Positions 36,600 to 49,318 of a stretch of DNA of 64,000 bases are shown here, one piece after another (position 1 is the stretch's first letter; each line of letters starts with the position of its first letter). The stretch is from Octopus sinensis (lineage: Eukaryota). The notes below the pieces were generated by a model. It had not been told where the DNA came from. It ran no database searches and was given only the letters and a program-made list of their open reading frames with translations. The stretch spans positions 66,030,001 to 66,094,000 of the forward strand of contig NC_043008.1 of NCBI RefSeq assembly GCF_006345805.1, written 5' to 3'. The translations under genes were made by a program, and so were the position numbers.

Positions 36600-37800
36600 C
36601 TTGAAGTGCATTTGAAGTAATTTTTGCACCAGAGACTTGAAAATAGCTTGCTTGTTGCAAATGCTGTCAGTCAAAAACTCCGCATACCAGATGCCAATAG
36701 ATTTCTGGGGTCATCGGGGAGAATGCTCACCGCTTCGGAGCCTTCCTCGCGGTGGTTGTAGAGCGCAACGACGTCTCTCACTGATGTGAGGGCCCATCTG
36801 CTAGTTCGACTGACTAGTATTTGATCTCAAGTCCATGTCGAAAACATCACCACTCCAGCCATGTTTTATCCTTCCTTTTCAGCCATATCTAAAGGCTGGC
36901 TCTCAACTGTCGCCTGGATCTGTTTCCTGATGGGGTCTGCTTGCCGATGTTTGCCACCAATTAATAACAGCCAGTGTCTAAGTCTGGTTCCAATAAAACT
37001 CCTATGTCCAACTTCTCCAGGGAAGAGTACTGCATTCCAACCGGTATCTAATGTGATAAACCCTTTACTACCATCCTGCTGTAGTTTCTTGCCACCACGG
37101 ATCATTTCCATCTGCTTCTTAACGGTATTATAGAATATTTTGAGGACCCCATTGTGTCCCCATGTATACCTTCCCAACACCACTGAGCAGTTAGAATATG
37201 CTTTAGAATATGCTTTAGCGTGCCAACTTTTCCGAATCTACATCTGCTATCATTTGCTATTTTCCATCTCAGCGATTGCGTAAGGAAGCTCAGCCGTGAA
37301 GTGCTCCGTTCCCAGATCTCATTCCAACCAACTTTCCTTTCAACAACTTCTTCCCACTTGATCATCTGGCCTTACTGACGTCACTGAATCAAATTCAGTT
37401 CCCTTTTCTGTATTTCCCTAGATTTCACACAACCACTAAGAACGGCTCGGCGCTTCTACTGCGTCATCATCGAAAATTGTTTAAGTGAATTACAATCAAT
37501 TCCTTTCCGGCCACTTTGAATTGTTCCCACTATATCACAATGTTTCGGTGATGCGATTCTATCATCAGTTTCTTTCTCTGTGCACCATTGTCTTGCAGTT
37601 TTGAAATCTGGCGGATTGACCCGTTGTTCTACGTTTTCGGACTCCATCAGTATCATGACTGTTTGCAGCTTTCCAGCTTTGTAAATTTCAGCGATTGATA
37701 GGAGTTGAAGAGGCCTTCTTTTCCGATAGAGTACTGAACTGTTAATCTTTCGAAGCAGGCTATGCCATTTCCTGATGTACATAGAGCATTCTTGCTCCAT
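36600..37800 (-). mobile_element. HERO-like (RLE) non-LTR retrotransposon fragment
   Basis: YIRKWHSLLRKINSSVLY...HCDIVGTIQSGRKG; WEEVVERKVGWNEIW...RLSFLTQS; GTLKHIL; GRYTWGHNGVL; multiple frameshifts. Confidence 0.85.
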
Positions 37801-37807
37801 GATCTCT

Positions 37808-37922
37808 ACTCTTGATAGTGCAACGTGAAAGGATGTGTTTTGCTCAAAAACACAATGCGTTGCCCGGTCCGGGAATCTATCGATCGTGGGTGCAACACTC
37901 TACCACCAGACCATATGCCTTC
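37808..37922 (-). mobile_element. SINE E 5' part
   Basis: Reverse complement of GAAGGCATATGGTCTGGTGGTAGAGTG...TTTTGAGCAAAACACATCC. Confidence 0.7.
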
Positions 37923-38098
37923 ATATAGACAGACAGACAGACAGATAGATGGACAGACAGACATATATATAAGATAGACGATAGATAGTATAGATACCAG
38001 ACAGACCACAGGCAGAGAGACAGGCAGGCAGGCAGACAGACAGACAGACAGAACATCGCCGACAGACAGATAGATAGATAGATAGAGTATATAGATAA

Positions 38099-38131
<33 letters not shown>

Positions 38132-38156
38132 TAGATAGATACATAGATAGAGAGAC

Positions 38157-38228
<72 letters not shown>

Positions 38229-38234
38229 GGATAG

Positions 38235-38404
38235 ATATGACAGACTTCCACACAGTTTCCATTTACCAATTTCACCCACAAGGCATTGGTCGGTCCTGGA
38301 CTATAGTTGAAGACACGCGCATAAGGTGCCGCACAGTGAAACTGAACCCGAAACCACGTGATTGATAAACAAGCTTTTTAACTACATAGACATACCTACA
38401 CCTA
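38235..38404 (-). mobile_element. SINE A 5' half
   Basis: cagtttccatttaccaatttcacccacaaggcattggtcgg...gaacccgaaaccacgtg. Confidence 0.75.
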
Positions 38405-38738
38405 TGTCTTTAACTAAATTGGAAATTTCTATGAATTAAGAATTTTGTTCGTACGGTGTTCCATACCTCGTCCCTTAATGCATTTAATGATTTAATGGAT
38501 TAATTGTTAAGCAGGAGTCTAGTTCAAACGTTTGCAACAAAACGAGCACTGATGAAATTGCTCAAGGGTCAAGAGGTGGTATTAAACGGAACGGTTTATC
38601 ACACGAATTTCAACTTTCAAACCAATTAATTGCATACCTGTGTTTCTTTCTTTTTTCTTTTTTTTTCGTTTTTTTTTTATGCACAATGGAATCATGACCA
38701 ATTCCAAAGATAGTCAATGGCTTGCGCTGCTCTCTCAT

Positions 38739-38746
38739 TAATAATA

Positions 38747-38807
<61 letters not shown>

Positions 38808-38827
38808 TGATGATGATGATGATGATA

Positions 38828-38859
<32 letters not shown>

Positions 38860-38862
38860 GAT

Positions 38863-38894
<32 letters not shown>

Positions 38895-39258
38895 TGACGA
38901 TGACGACGACGACGTCGAGGAGGAGGAGGTGGAGGAGGAGGGAAGGAGGGGAGGAGGATGACGACGATAATGACGATTGTGACGATGATGGTGAGATGAT
39001 GGTGCAGATGGATGCTGGTGGTGGTGGTGTGTGGTGTTGGTGGTGGTGGTGGTGGTGGTGGTGGTGTTGGTGGTGGTGGTTGGGGTTGGTGATGATGATA
39101 CCGACGACGTCGAGGAAGAGGAGGAGGAGGAGAAAGAAGAGTAGGCGGAGGGGAGGAGGAGGAGGAGAAGGATGACGACGATGACGATGATGACGATGAT
39201 GACGATGAATGATGACGATGATGACGATGATGATGATGATGATGATGATTTCATAACA
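38739..39258. repeat. Compound trinucleotide tract (AAT)>(GAT)>(GAC)>(GAG)>(GGT)>(GAG)>(GAT)
   Basis: Directly visible. Confidence 0.95.
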
Positions 39259-39864
39259 ACAACAACAACACCTTTTGATAAAGCGCAAAAAAATATATTA
39301 CGAAGAATGAACTTCAAAATAATGTCGATGTTGCTGTCAAATCTATGGCTTCTCTTGAGTCGGGAACATAATAACACGAACAGCCCAATGTTGAAAGGAA
39401 ACTGCATCATAGAGATCCACCCGATTCTCTGCTCTTCGTATTCCACGCGCATGCGCGAGCATACACACACATACACTCATGCACACATTCAAACATACAC
39501 ATATCATCACTTCCACCCACTCCAAAAAAAATACCTCTCATACTTTTATCTGATTAAACCGTATCAGGTAACCATGACAACGTTGTAAAATCACTCAGCC
39601 ACACCGGATACATGTTATCACTTCTAGCTGTCTACACACTCTCCCCCCTCTCTCTCCTCTCTCTCTCTCTCTCCCCTCTCTCTCTCCTCTCTCTCTCTCC
39701 TCTCTCTCTCACCCCTCTTTCTCTCCTCTCTCTCTCTCTCTCTCGCTTTCTATCTCGTTTTCTCTATCTCTCTCTCTTTCGTATATGCAAATATGTCTGT
39801 CTATCTATATGTGTGTATCTGTGTGGTGTGTGTGTGTGTGGTAGCTAGTGCTATTGCTGTTGCT

Positions 39865-39865
39865 G

Positions 39866-39957
<92 letters not shown>

Positions 39958-40490
39958 AGTGATGATGACAGTGATGATGATGATAGTAGTGGGCGGGTGA
40001 TAAAGATGAAGATCACCATCATGATAAGAATGTTGATGATGATGATGATGATGATGATGATGTGGAGGATGGGAGGAGGAGGAGGAGAACGACGACGATG
40101 CTACTTGCTTCTTATCTTTGCTTGCAGTCGTCATTATCATCACCATCGTCACCACTATATTATCATCATCATCATCTTCAACATCGCCACCATCATCAAA
40201 ACCACTCTCAGCATTTATGCGATTAGCTTCAACGCTATCTTTATAACAATTATCATCATCATCATCACCATCATCATTTTCGTAATTATCAGCATTACAG
40301 CAACAACAACTATCAACTTAATTATCACTATAGCCGTCATAATCATCATCATCATCATCATAATCATGGACAACAATAACAACCACTACAATCACCGCCA
40401 TCATCATCATCAAGAACATCATTGCTTCTAAGACCATCAAACCCAGCATCATATAAATCACCACCACCATCAACGTTATTATCACTTTCA
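39865..40490. repeat. (GAT)n tract followed by degenerate (CAT)n tract
   Basis: Directly visible; polarity switch near 40110. Confidence 0.9.
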
Positions 40491-40769
40491 TCCTCGCTAT
40501 GCACTGTGTCAATATCCAGGACACCAACACTCTTATCTACCTATGAATGTAGAAATATCAAGCCAGAGAGGAGGTATCTACTGTAATCAGTGGCAGCACT
40601 ATAAAAATTGACGAGTGTTTAATCAGCCTGCAGTGCTGCTCAGTTTGAATCCTTCTGTGATTATACTGTGTAACACGGTTTTTGTCCTTGTTATTTCCTA
40701 TTTGCTTACCCCCTAGTAAGTATGAAAAATGGCGAATATTTCCTTCAAATTTTGCTTTTGTTACATTTA

Positions 40770-40945
40770 CTCAAGCTCCGAAGAATCTCTCTCAACTCAT
40801 CGGCTATGAAGCTTCCCGCCCTACTACTCCTGCTTATCGTCAGAGATGTACGTATCGTCAGCTACTAAGAAACATGCCCAAGTGGTTAAGGTCAAGCAAC
40901 TGACAAGCAAATCTGTGGTACTGAGCAGGATATTTGCTATAACGA
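40770..40945 (-). mobile_element. Family D internal fragment
   Basis: cagagatgtacgtatcgtcagc...actgacaagcaaatctgtggtactgagcag matches the D copies. Confidence 0.75.
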
Positions 40946-41354
40946 TATTTCTGCTTCAGCAACGCAGCGCAGAATCTGTCTGATACGTAATGGAAAATAG
41001 GTCAGTTTAAAAATATTGATGTCCAAGTCAGAAAAGCAAAGTTTGAAGGGAATAGTAGTCATTTCCTTTGATTTCTAGATAGAAGCAAATAGGAAATAAC
41101 ACTTACTGACCAAAGACAAGAAAAAATAAAACTTTGCTGCACAATGTTATGACGCAAACAGTAAAAGGAAAGATTCTGTTTTGCAGATATGTTATATGAT
41201 GCAAGGAAAGGAATACGGTTTTAACCAATCCGCATGCAGCTTAAACATCACTGTTTGCCAGGTGTACCGATATCCTGTAATTTGTTTATATTTATATGCT
41301 AGACATTTTTAAATCCAGATGATTAACTGGTTGTTATATTATTGCTGTTATTTC

Positions 41355-41935
41355 CGTTCAGAATAGTTTTGAACATTTTAATGAACCGTTTTTCTTTTAT
41401 CTTTCCAACCCACTTGTGTCATGTAGTTTGTGAAAAGGAAACATTAGAAACATTTTCGGACAACATGACTCTATATATTCACTCAATAGCATTTGGCGAA
41501 CATCGGTGTTCCGGGTTTGTTGTCTGTGGACTCGTGACCGTTCCGATATTGCATTCCCTGTCTCGCCTATATATAATTCCTCGCTATTCAGACATTTAAT
41601 GCAGTAGATCAAATTTCTGTTTTTGCAGTTCATATCTGCATTTGCGAAAATCTGTCCATTTTTCTTTCTAATGGATCTACCAGTATGCATGTATTGACAC
41701 GTTCCACATCTATTATCATTACACTTGAATACAGTGAATGATTTATCCGATTAGTTCACGTTGAATGTTGCCTCTGTTGATAGTTTCTTTAGGTTATGTG
41801 GTTGCTTTTTGCTTAAGATGAGCGTTTGATTAGTTATTGCTTTTTTTACTTTTTTTTATTTTGTTTCATGATTGGCAAATTTGTTTTGATGATGGTAAAA
41901 ATGTTTTGGTGATGCAGATTGTGTCAGTTAAACAC
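41355..41935 (-). pseudogene. Penelope-like element C-terminus (linker plus GIY-YIG)
   Basis: KQPHNLKKL...KCNDNRCGTCQYMHTG...NCKNRNLIYCIKCLNSEELYIGETGNAISERSRVHRQQ...LSEYIESC. Confidence 0.9.
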
Positions 41936-41940
41936 ATTTA

Positions 41941-41978
41941 AAATCTGATGATTACTCTCTGTATGAAAGCGCTAATTT
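41941..41978 (+). ncRNA. Candidate minimal type-I hammerhead ribozyme
   Basis: AAAT-CTGATGA-T-TAC-tctct-GTA-T-GAAA-GCGC-TA-ATTT; 4-bp stem I, palindromic AGCGCT, CUA site; U.U at the base of stem II. Confidence 0.55.
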
Positions 41979-42270
41979 AACTTTATGAACATTAAAAAAT
42001 ATATATTTTTTAATGTTAAAATACCATAATAAAAAACATGAAAACCATACCATCTTTTAACTTTATTCAACTGATATATTATTCTATTCACATTCACACA
42101 AATTTGAAACAACACACACACACACACAAATATATATTTATATATATATATATATATATACGCATACATGCATACATACATGCATACATACAAACATACA
42201 TATATATATTTATACACACACATATATATAAATACATATATATATATATACATATATATATGTCACCTAC

Positions 42271-42309
<39 letters not shown>

Positions 42310-42404
42310 GAGAAGAAGGCTAGCTATGTGCAAGTGAGCTTGTGTGTATGTAAGTATATCTATGTGTATGAATATATGCGTTTGTACGTACATATGTGCA
42401 TATC

Positions 42405-42444
<40 letters not shown>

Positions 42445-42564
42445 CATAACATGGATGCTTCCATATTTAAATGACATATGAGGATTCTGCAATTTCTGAC
42501 TGAAAACCACACACATAATTTTTTTATAGTGTTCAAATGTTTGTGTTCACAAAAACCCACTGCC

Positions 42565-42750
42565 TCTATCAAATTCACATTACCTGTACAGGTGCAATTC
42601 GTGCCACATGCCAGAAGACGAGGTGATCGCAGAGCAACGTGAAATGAAATGTTCTGATCAAAAACACAACGCAACGCCTGGTCTGGGAATCGAAACCATG
42701 ATCTCGTAATTGTAAGTGGAACACCCTAACCACAAAGTCATGCGCCTACA
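42565..42750 (-). mobile_element. SINE E
   Basis: Family E body and tRNA-like head on the minus strand. Confidence 0.7.
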
Positions 42751-42876
42751 TTAACGTTTAAAGCTCGAAATAGCGTTGATCTTTTTGCCGATAACTGATT
42801 AGGATTTGACGACCTTCTGTCTCTGCTTTCTGTACGTTTGTTCATTTATTATATCAGTTTTAACTTATACATATAC

Positions 42877-42933
<57 letters not shown>

Positions 42934-42994
42934 CATAGACACTAGTATGTATCTGTATATACGCATGTATCGGTATATGTCTCTCCGTGCTTGG

Positions 42995-43187
42995 GAGGAA
43001 CCCGATGTGTCGAGTTGCACCTCTTTACAACATAAGTGACTTGGATGTTTGATACACAGATATGATAAAGTAAGCGCCAGACCAAAACATGTAATGGGGG
43101 TTGATATGATCAGCTGAAACCTTCTGGAATTGCAGTGCTCCAGCATGGCATGATTCCAATAACTGATAACTAAAAGAATAAAAGGGT
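42995..43187 (+). mobile_element. SINE A-type tail variant
   Basis: gcagtgctccagcatggc...actgataactaaaagaataaaag. Confidence 0.5.
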
Positions 43188-43612
43188 TGTGTATATTTGT
43201 AAGTACAAGCATAAAAGTGTACATATATAATTCATATATACATGTGTGTGGAATGTGTGTGTGTACGTGTGTGTGTATGTGTGTTTGTGTGTGTGTGTGT
43301 GTGTGTGGTGTGTGTGTGTGTTTGTTGTGTGTGTGTGTGTGTGTGTGTGTTTGTGTGTATCGTCGCACCAAACACAGGCAAATATCCAGAAATGTGAGAA
43401 TGTATTTATTCAAAACATCCTGTACACATGCATACAGTACTTGGAACAAGGACATTTTTGTGTATATATAAATATATATGCGTATCTTCTATGTGCGGGA
43501 GGGTGTGTACACAAACATGTACTATTTAGAGTTATAGATATATATTTATATATGCGCATATATATAGAGAGAGACAGAGAGACAGATAAACAGACAGACA
43601 GACAGACTGATT

Positions 43613-43684
<72 letters not shown>

Positions 43685-43894
43685 CACAGACATATATTGT
43701 AAACATGAATACGGAGCATAGTAGAATGGCATGCACACAAGCATATGTGCACACGCATAAGAATATATCAGATAATATATGTGTGTGTATATAAATGTGC
43801 GTGTGTGTGTGTGTGTGCATTTATGTATGTGCGTATTTATACATATATGTATATACATACATACACACATACACACACACACATATATAATATG

Positions 43895-43927
<33 letters not shown>

Positions 43928-43958
43928 ATATGTGTTGTATATGTATATATATATATTT

Positions 43959-43987
<29 letters not shown>

Positions 43988-43989
<2 letters not shown>

Positions 43990-44150
43990 GGCGGAGGAGT
44001 GGCTGTCTGGTAGAAGCTTGTTTCCAAACCACATTGTTTCAGGTTCAGTCCCACTGCGTGGCACCATTGACGAGTGTCTTCTACTATAGCCTCAGGCCGA
44101 CCCAAGACTTATGAATGGATTTGATAGATGGAAACTGAAAAGGCCCGTCG
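43988..44150 (+). mobile_element. SINE A 5' half
   Basis: GGCGGAGGAGTGGCTG...GGTTCAGTCCCACTGCGTGGCACC...GGAAACTGAAAAGGCCCGTCG. Confidence 0.85.
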
Positions 44151-44223
44151 TTATATTATATATATATATATACAAGCGCACATATATACATATATTTGTG
44201 AGTATATATATATATATATATAT

Positions 44224-44453
44224 ATTTCTTTATTGCCCACAAGGGGCTAAACACAGAGAGGACAAACAAGGACAGACAAAGGGATTAAGTCGGTTATATC
44301 GACCCCAGTGCGTAACTGGTACTAAATTTATCGACCCCGAAAGGATGAAAGGCAAAGTCGACCTCGGCGGAATTTGAACTCAGAACGTAACGGCAGATGA
44401 AATACCGCTAAGCATTTCGCCCGGCGTGCTAACGTTTCTGCCAACTCACCGCC
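44224..44453 (-). mobile_element. SINE B, full length (GCCCCTTGTGGGCAATAAAGAAAT tail)
   Basis: Complete head-to-tail family B copy. Confidence 0.9.
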
Positions 44454-44544
44454 CTATACACATGTATGTATGAATGAATGAATGTATGAATATATATCAG
44501 TGTGTGTGTGTGAGAGAGAGAAAGAGAGAGAGAGAGTTTGTGTA

Positions 44545-44576
<32 letters not shown>

Positions 44577-45383
44577 AGTGTGTGTGTGAGTGTATAGCAC
44601 CACAGGAAAAAAAAAACACTGCAAAATAGCAAAACGAATGTCATGTCAAGATAAAATAGATGTTGTAGTTATCAGTTTCACACTTAGAGTATAAGAAATG
44701 TCTAACTCTTTGAATGTAAAGCCTTTCATCAGGAAAATAGCACGAAAAGAAATATAAAAAAAAACTAAACATAAAACTGTGATGAGGAAAAACTTCACAT
44801 ATATATACATACATACATACATATGTATATATATATAGTGCGTCTATATATGTACATATGTATATGTATATATATATATATAATATAGATCTGTATATAT
44901 ATATGTATGTGTTTGTGTGTGTGCGCGTGTGTATGTATGTTTTTATGTATGTATATATTATGTATGTATGTGTTTATATGTTTTGAACCAAGTTGGAGAC
45001 GATCTCCCATGTGGCAGGTTTGATAATTGTTAAGGGATTTCTGTCGTGACATGAAACTAGTGGTAGCTTTAACACATGAATAAAATATATGTATATGTAT
45101 TTGAGCCCAGCCAAAGATTTGCATCTTTTACTGCATAAGGTGCAACTGTGCTAGCTGACAGAAGGAACACGTGTCAGTATAAATTCTTTCGACATGCTTT
45201 TTCAATCCTCCAATTGAAAAGCACACCCTTCCACGGGTTGCACGGACTGTAATGTAATCATCCCAGGAATGCGGATTCTAATCGTAAGAAACATGAGATT
45301 TGCGGATACGGGCGTAGCGTTGCATTAAAATATTTATTAATTTCATCCATGGATTATTATTATTATTATTATCATTATTATTA

Positions 45384-45450
<67 letters not shown>

Positions 45451-45698
45451 TTATATTATTGCTATCATTGTTACTATAGTTATCTGCACACCTCGGTACT
45501 ACCATATAAAACTGCTATTGCAAGATGGTATTATTAAGCTGTAGCCTAAATGAGGAGCTTTCACATGCGTAGTCAGAAACTTAAAGGATATGGCCACAGT
45601 CACATGACTGAAACAAGTAAAAGAATACATACATACATACATACATACATACATACATACATGCATGCATGCATGCATACATACATATATGTGTGTGC

Positions 45699-45740
<42 letters not shown>

Positions 45741-45800
45741 CACATGTGAAACGTTGGCGATTTTCTTCCTCTGTCTTCCTTTCCTATTGCACTTTCCTCT

Positions 45801-45835
45801 GTTTCTGAAGAGGAGTGTTGCTCGAAACGTTAAAC
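45801..45835 (+). ncRNA. Candidate minimal type-I hammerhead ribozyme (core intact)
   Basis: GTTT-CTGAAGA-G-GAGT-gtt-GCTC-GAAA-CGTT-AAAC; perfect stem I, G-C-closed stem II, palindromic AACGTT; lies in a ~200-bp pyrimidine-rich repeat (45737-45940) between TA tracts. Confidence 0.7.
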
Positions 45836-46137
45836 CATCTTTCTTTCCTTCCCTGAGCGTCTACTAATACTTTACATGTACCACGTCGTCGCGGTGTTGT
45901 GCTTTTTTGTGCTTGTTCTTGACTTTTGGGATTTACTATATATATATATATATAGATAGATAGATAGATGTCGTGTCCGAATACTTTTGAAAAATGACCG
46001 GGAGTGAGAACAGATAAGAAAGAATTTAATTTCCATACACAGGAGAGCCGGAGAGGAGATACTGTCATTGTGGGAACTGTTCAAGTGTCTACGTTTGTAG
46101 TTGCTTTAGAGCGGTGTGTGTGTTTATTTCTAAGTAT

Positions 46138-46529
46138 ATACACTTTTACTCTTTTACTTGTTTCAGTCATTTGACTGCGGCCATGCTGGAGCACCGCCTT
46201 TAGTCGAGCAAATCGACCCCGGGACTTATTCTTTGTAAGCCCAATACTTATTCTATCGGTCTCTTTTGCCGAACCGCTAAGTGACGGGGACGTAAACACA
46301 CCAGCATCGGTTGTCAAGCAATGCTAGGGGGACAAACACACAAACATACACATACATATATATACATATATACGACATGTTTCTTTCAGTTTCCGTCTAC
46401 CAAATCCGCTCACAAGGCATTGGTCGGCCCGAGGCTATAGAAGAAGACACTTGCTCAAGATGCCACGCAGTGGGACTGAACCCGGAACCATGTGGTTGGT
46501 TAGCAACCTACTTACCACACAGCCACTCC
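46138..46529 (-). mobile_element. SINE A, full length
   Basis: Near-consensus copy. Confidence 0.9.
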
Positions 46530-46835
46530 TGATAGATATGTTATATACATATATATTAGCATAGTATGGTTGTACTAACGCGGGTGTGTGTATGTATGTG
46601 CGCGCGCGAGTGTGAGTGTGTCTGTATATGCGATTGTGTGTGTGTGTGTATGAGCGTGTGTGTATGAGCGTGCACCCGAGTATAAGTGCATGTACGTATA
46701 TAAAAATAGTCTGTGTCTGTTTGTTGTTTAGGTGTACAAGTTTATCAGATTAGAGTGTTGTGGTGTAGGATTTACGCCGCACAATTATGTTTTCTGCCTC
46801 ATATATATATATATATATAATATATATATATATAT

Positions 46836-46972
46836 AATACACATGAAGTACAGGACATCACCAACGAGTGAAAATGCGTAAACACATAATGAGAGAGAAG
46901 TACGGGTATTTTGTCCTGTACTTATCTATCGTGTGTTTACTCGTTGGTGATGTCCTGTACTTGATGTGTATT
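46836..46972. repeat. Small foldback element with 34-bp arms
   Basis: AATACACATGAAGTACAGGACATCACCAACGAGT / ACTCGTTGGTGATGTCCTGTACTTGATGTGTATT (one mismatch). Confidence 0.9.
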
Positions 46973-47483
46973 TTATATTTATTTATAATCCAACGCCACG
47001 CAACCTTGTCCACAGTACGTTCTTACATATATGTGTGTGTAAGTATGTATGCATGTATATACATAAATACATACATAGATACATACATACATTAGCGCAT
47101 ATCATAAGATAAATAGATAACCGACAGACAGACAGAGATGTATATATGCAGGTATATACATACACATACATATGCATATGTGTGTGGATGTATGTGCACA
47201 TCTATGTATATGCATAAATAGAACAAAAATGCGCCAAGAGAAATCGCTCAAGGTGGCCAATGGAACGTATTTGAAATATAAACGCACTATGTGTCTTGGT
47301 TCCAGAGATAGAGTAAACCAATCCCTTTGTATTAACTGGTACGAGCACGAAATGAAGAGAGATGATCTCAAGTATCGATTGCATTTTTTAGATAGATATA
47401 TTCGTATACAAACCATCGTAACTTGCAGTACTGGCTCTGAAGTCTAAAGAAAATCTGTAGAAACAAATTTGATTTCTTAGATA

Positions 47484-47698
47484 CGAGGAAGTTCTGAAAA
47501 GTTCCTGGCTTTAACGCTGTCGCGAAACGCCTGATAGAGGCCCAACCTTACAAGTTCTTTCAGAGAGCTTAGAAAAACTGAATGACTGCTGCAATAAGTG
47601 TGTGAATCTGAGAGGAAGATATGTTGAATAAAGTCATAATTAACTGATCCTCCTGTATTTTCTTTAACCCCAAGCAAGAAACTTTACATCACCCCCTC
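47484..47698 (+). mobile_element. Mariner-derived MITE
   Basis: TA-CGAGGAAGTTCTGAAAAGTTCCTGGCTT...AAGCAAGAAACTTTACATCACCCCCTC; homologous to the 51473 copy. Confidence 0.8.
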
Positions 47699-47735
47699 AC
47701 ATACTCACACACACACATATATATATATACATGAA

Positions 47736-47880
47736 ATGGTACAGAAAGTTCCTGGCTTTAAGGGTATCGCGAAAAGCCTCATTGAAGGCCCAGCATTTCG
47801 AGTTCTTTCACAAGGTTTAGAAAAGCTGCGGCAATAAGTGTGTGACTCTGAGAGGGTAGTATTTTAAATAAACTCATAAA
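47736..47880 (+). mobile_element. Mariner-derived MITE, partial
   Basis: aaagttcctggctttaagggtatcgcgaaaag...gcaataagtgtgtgactctgagagg. Confidence 0.75.
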
Positions 47881-48312
47881 CAACTGGAAAATTTTTTCCG
47901 ATCTGTTCAGCATTCTTTGCTTGAGAAAGAAGACTTGATAGAAAAATCTATTCTCTCGTTCTTTCATAAAAGAATTAAGACTTTGTTAGAGTTGCAACAC
48001 ATAATCTCTTGATTTCCAGAGGCAATTCTATATTTGAAGTTTCATTTCTTACGTTAAATCTCTGATTTAATTTATATAAGTTTATATAACATTTTTATAT
48101 TTCTATTTAATAATCATATATACATACACACACACTCCTATAAGTGTTTGTGTGTGTTTGTGTGTATGTGTGTGTGTGTGTGTGCGCGCGCATGTGTCTA
48201 TGCATAAAATACATATGTAATATTCATATATCAAATTATAAATAAAAAATATATACGTATATGTATATGTATGTATACATACACTTATTTTATATATTAT
48301 GTTATATTTATG

Positions 48313-48393
<81 letters not shown>

Positions 48394-48492
48394 TTGAAAT
48401 CAATAAAAAAAATAGAAGACGAAGATAGGTGTATGAACAAATGAACAACAAGCAAGTGTACAAGTTTGATGCTCGGGAAAAATGGAAAAGTA

Positions 48493-48527
48493 TTTTACGT
48501 TTCGAGCCTACGCTCTTCAACAGAAAG
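48493..48527 (-). ncRNA. Candidate minimal hammerhead, core A6 mutated
   Basis: CTTT-CTGTTGA-A-GAGC-gtag-GCTC-GAAA-CGTA-AAA; same layout as the 45801 motif. Confidence 0.55.
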
Positions 48528-48649
48528 GAACAAGAGAAAATAAACAGAGAGAGAATGAAAAAAAACGTGTAGAGTTCAGCGGTCAAGCATGGCGATACAT
48601 ATGTATCTATGTATGTATGCATATGTGTGTGCATGTGTATTCTTTAAAA

Positions 48650-48870
48650 ATATTTATTCTTTCACTTGTTTCAGTCAATTAAATGTTAACATGGTGGAGC
48701 ACCGTCTTTAGTTGAACAAATCGACCCCAGAACTTATTCTTCGTAAGTCTAGTACTTATTCTATCGCTCTCTTTTTCCGAACCGCTAAGTTACGGGGTTG
48801 TAAACATACCAACAATGGTTGTCAAACGATGGAGGGGGGACAAACACAGACACACAAACACACACATATA
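48650..48870 (-). mobile_element. SINE A 3' half
   Basis: cacttgtttcagtc...gaaccgctaagttacgggg...ggacaaacacagac. Confidence 0.85.
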
Positions 48871-49008
48871 TATGTATGTATATATATATATATATGTATG
48901 TGTTATATATATATATATATATATATATACATTTATATATATATTTTATATCTACATACATATATATATATATATGCATATATATATATGTATGTATGTA
49001 TATGTATG

Positions 49009-49043
<35 letters not shown>

Positions 49044-49154
49044 ATATATGTATATATGTATATATTATATTATATATAATATATATATACATTTATATAT
49101 ATATATTATATATAATTACATATTATATATATGCATATATATATGTATGTATAA

Positions 49155-49318
<164 letters not shown>

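Noticed and set aside
38610-39588. 288-aa and neighbouring Ser/Asp/His-rich ORFs
   Set aside because: Compound trinucleotide microsatellite; the non-repetitive flanks are not protein-like.
41100-41320. Cys-containing stretch reminiscent of a piggyBac C-terminal domain (AQCYDANSKRKDSV)
   Set aside because: Too short and degenerate; no DDD region or TTAA-bounded TIRs seen.
47172-47447. Non-repetitive ORF tail RQEKSLKVANGTYLKYKRTMCLGSRD...
   Set aside because: No motif recognised, short, starts in a microsatellite, no splice support.
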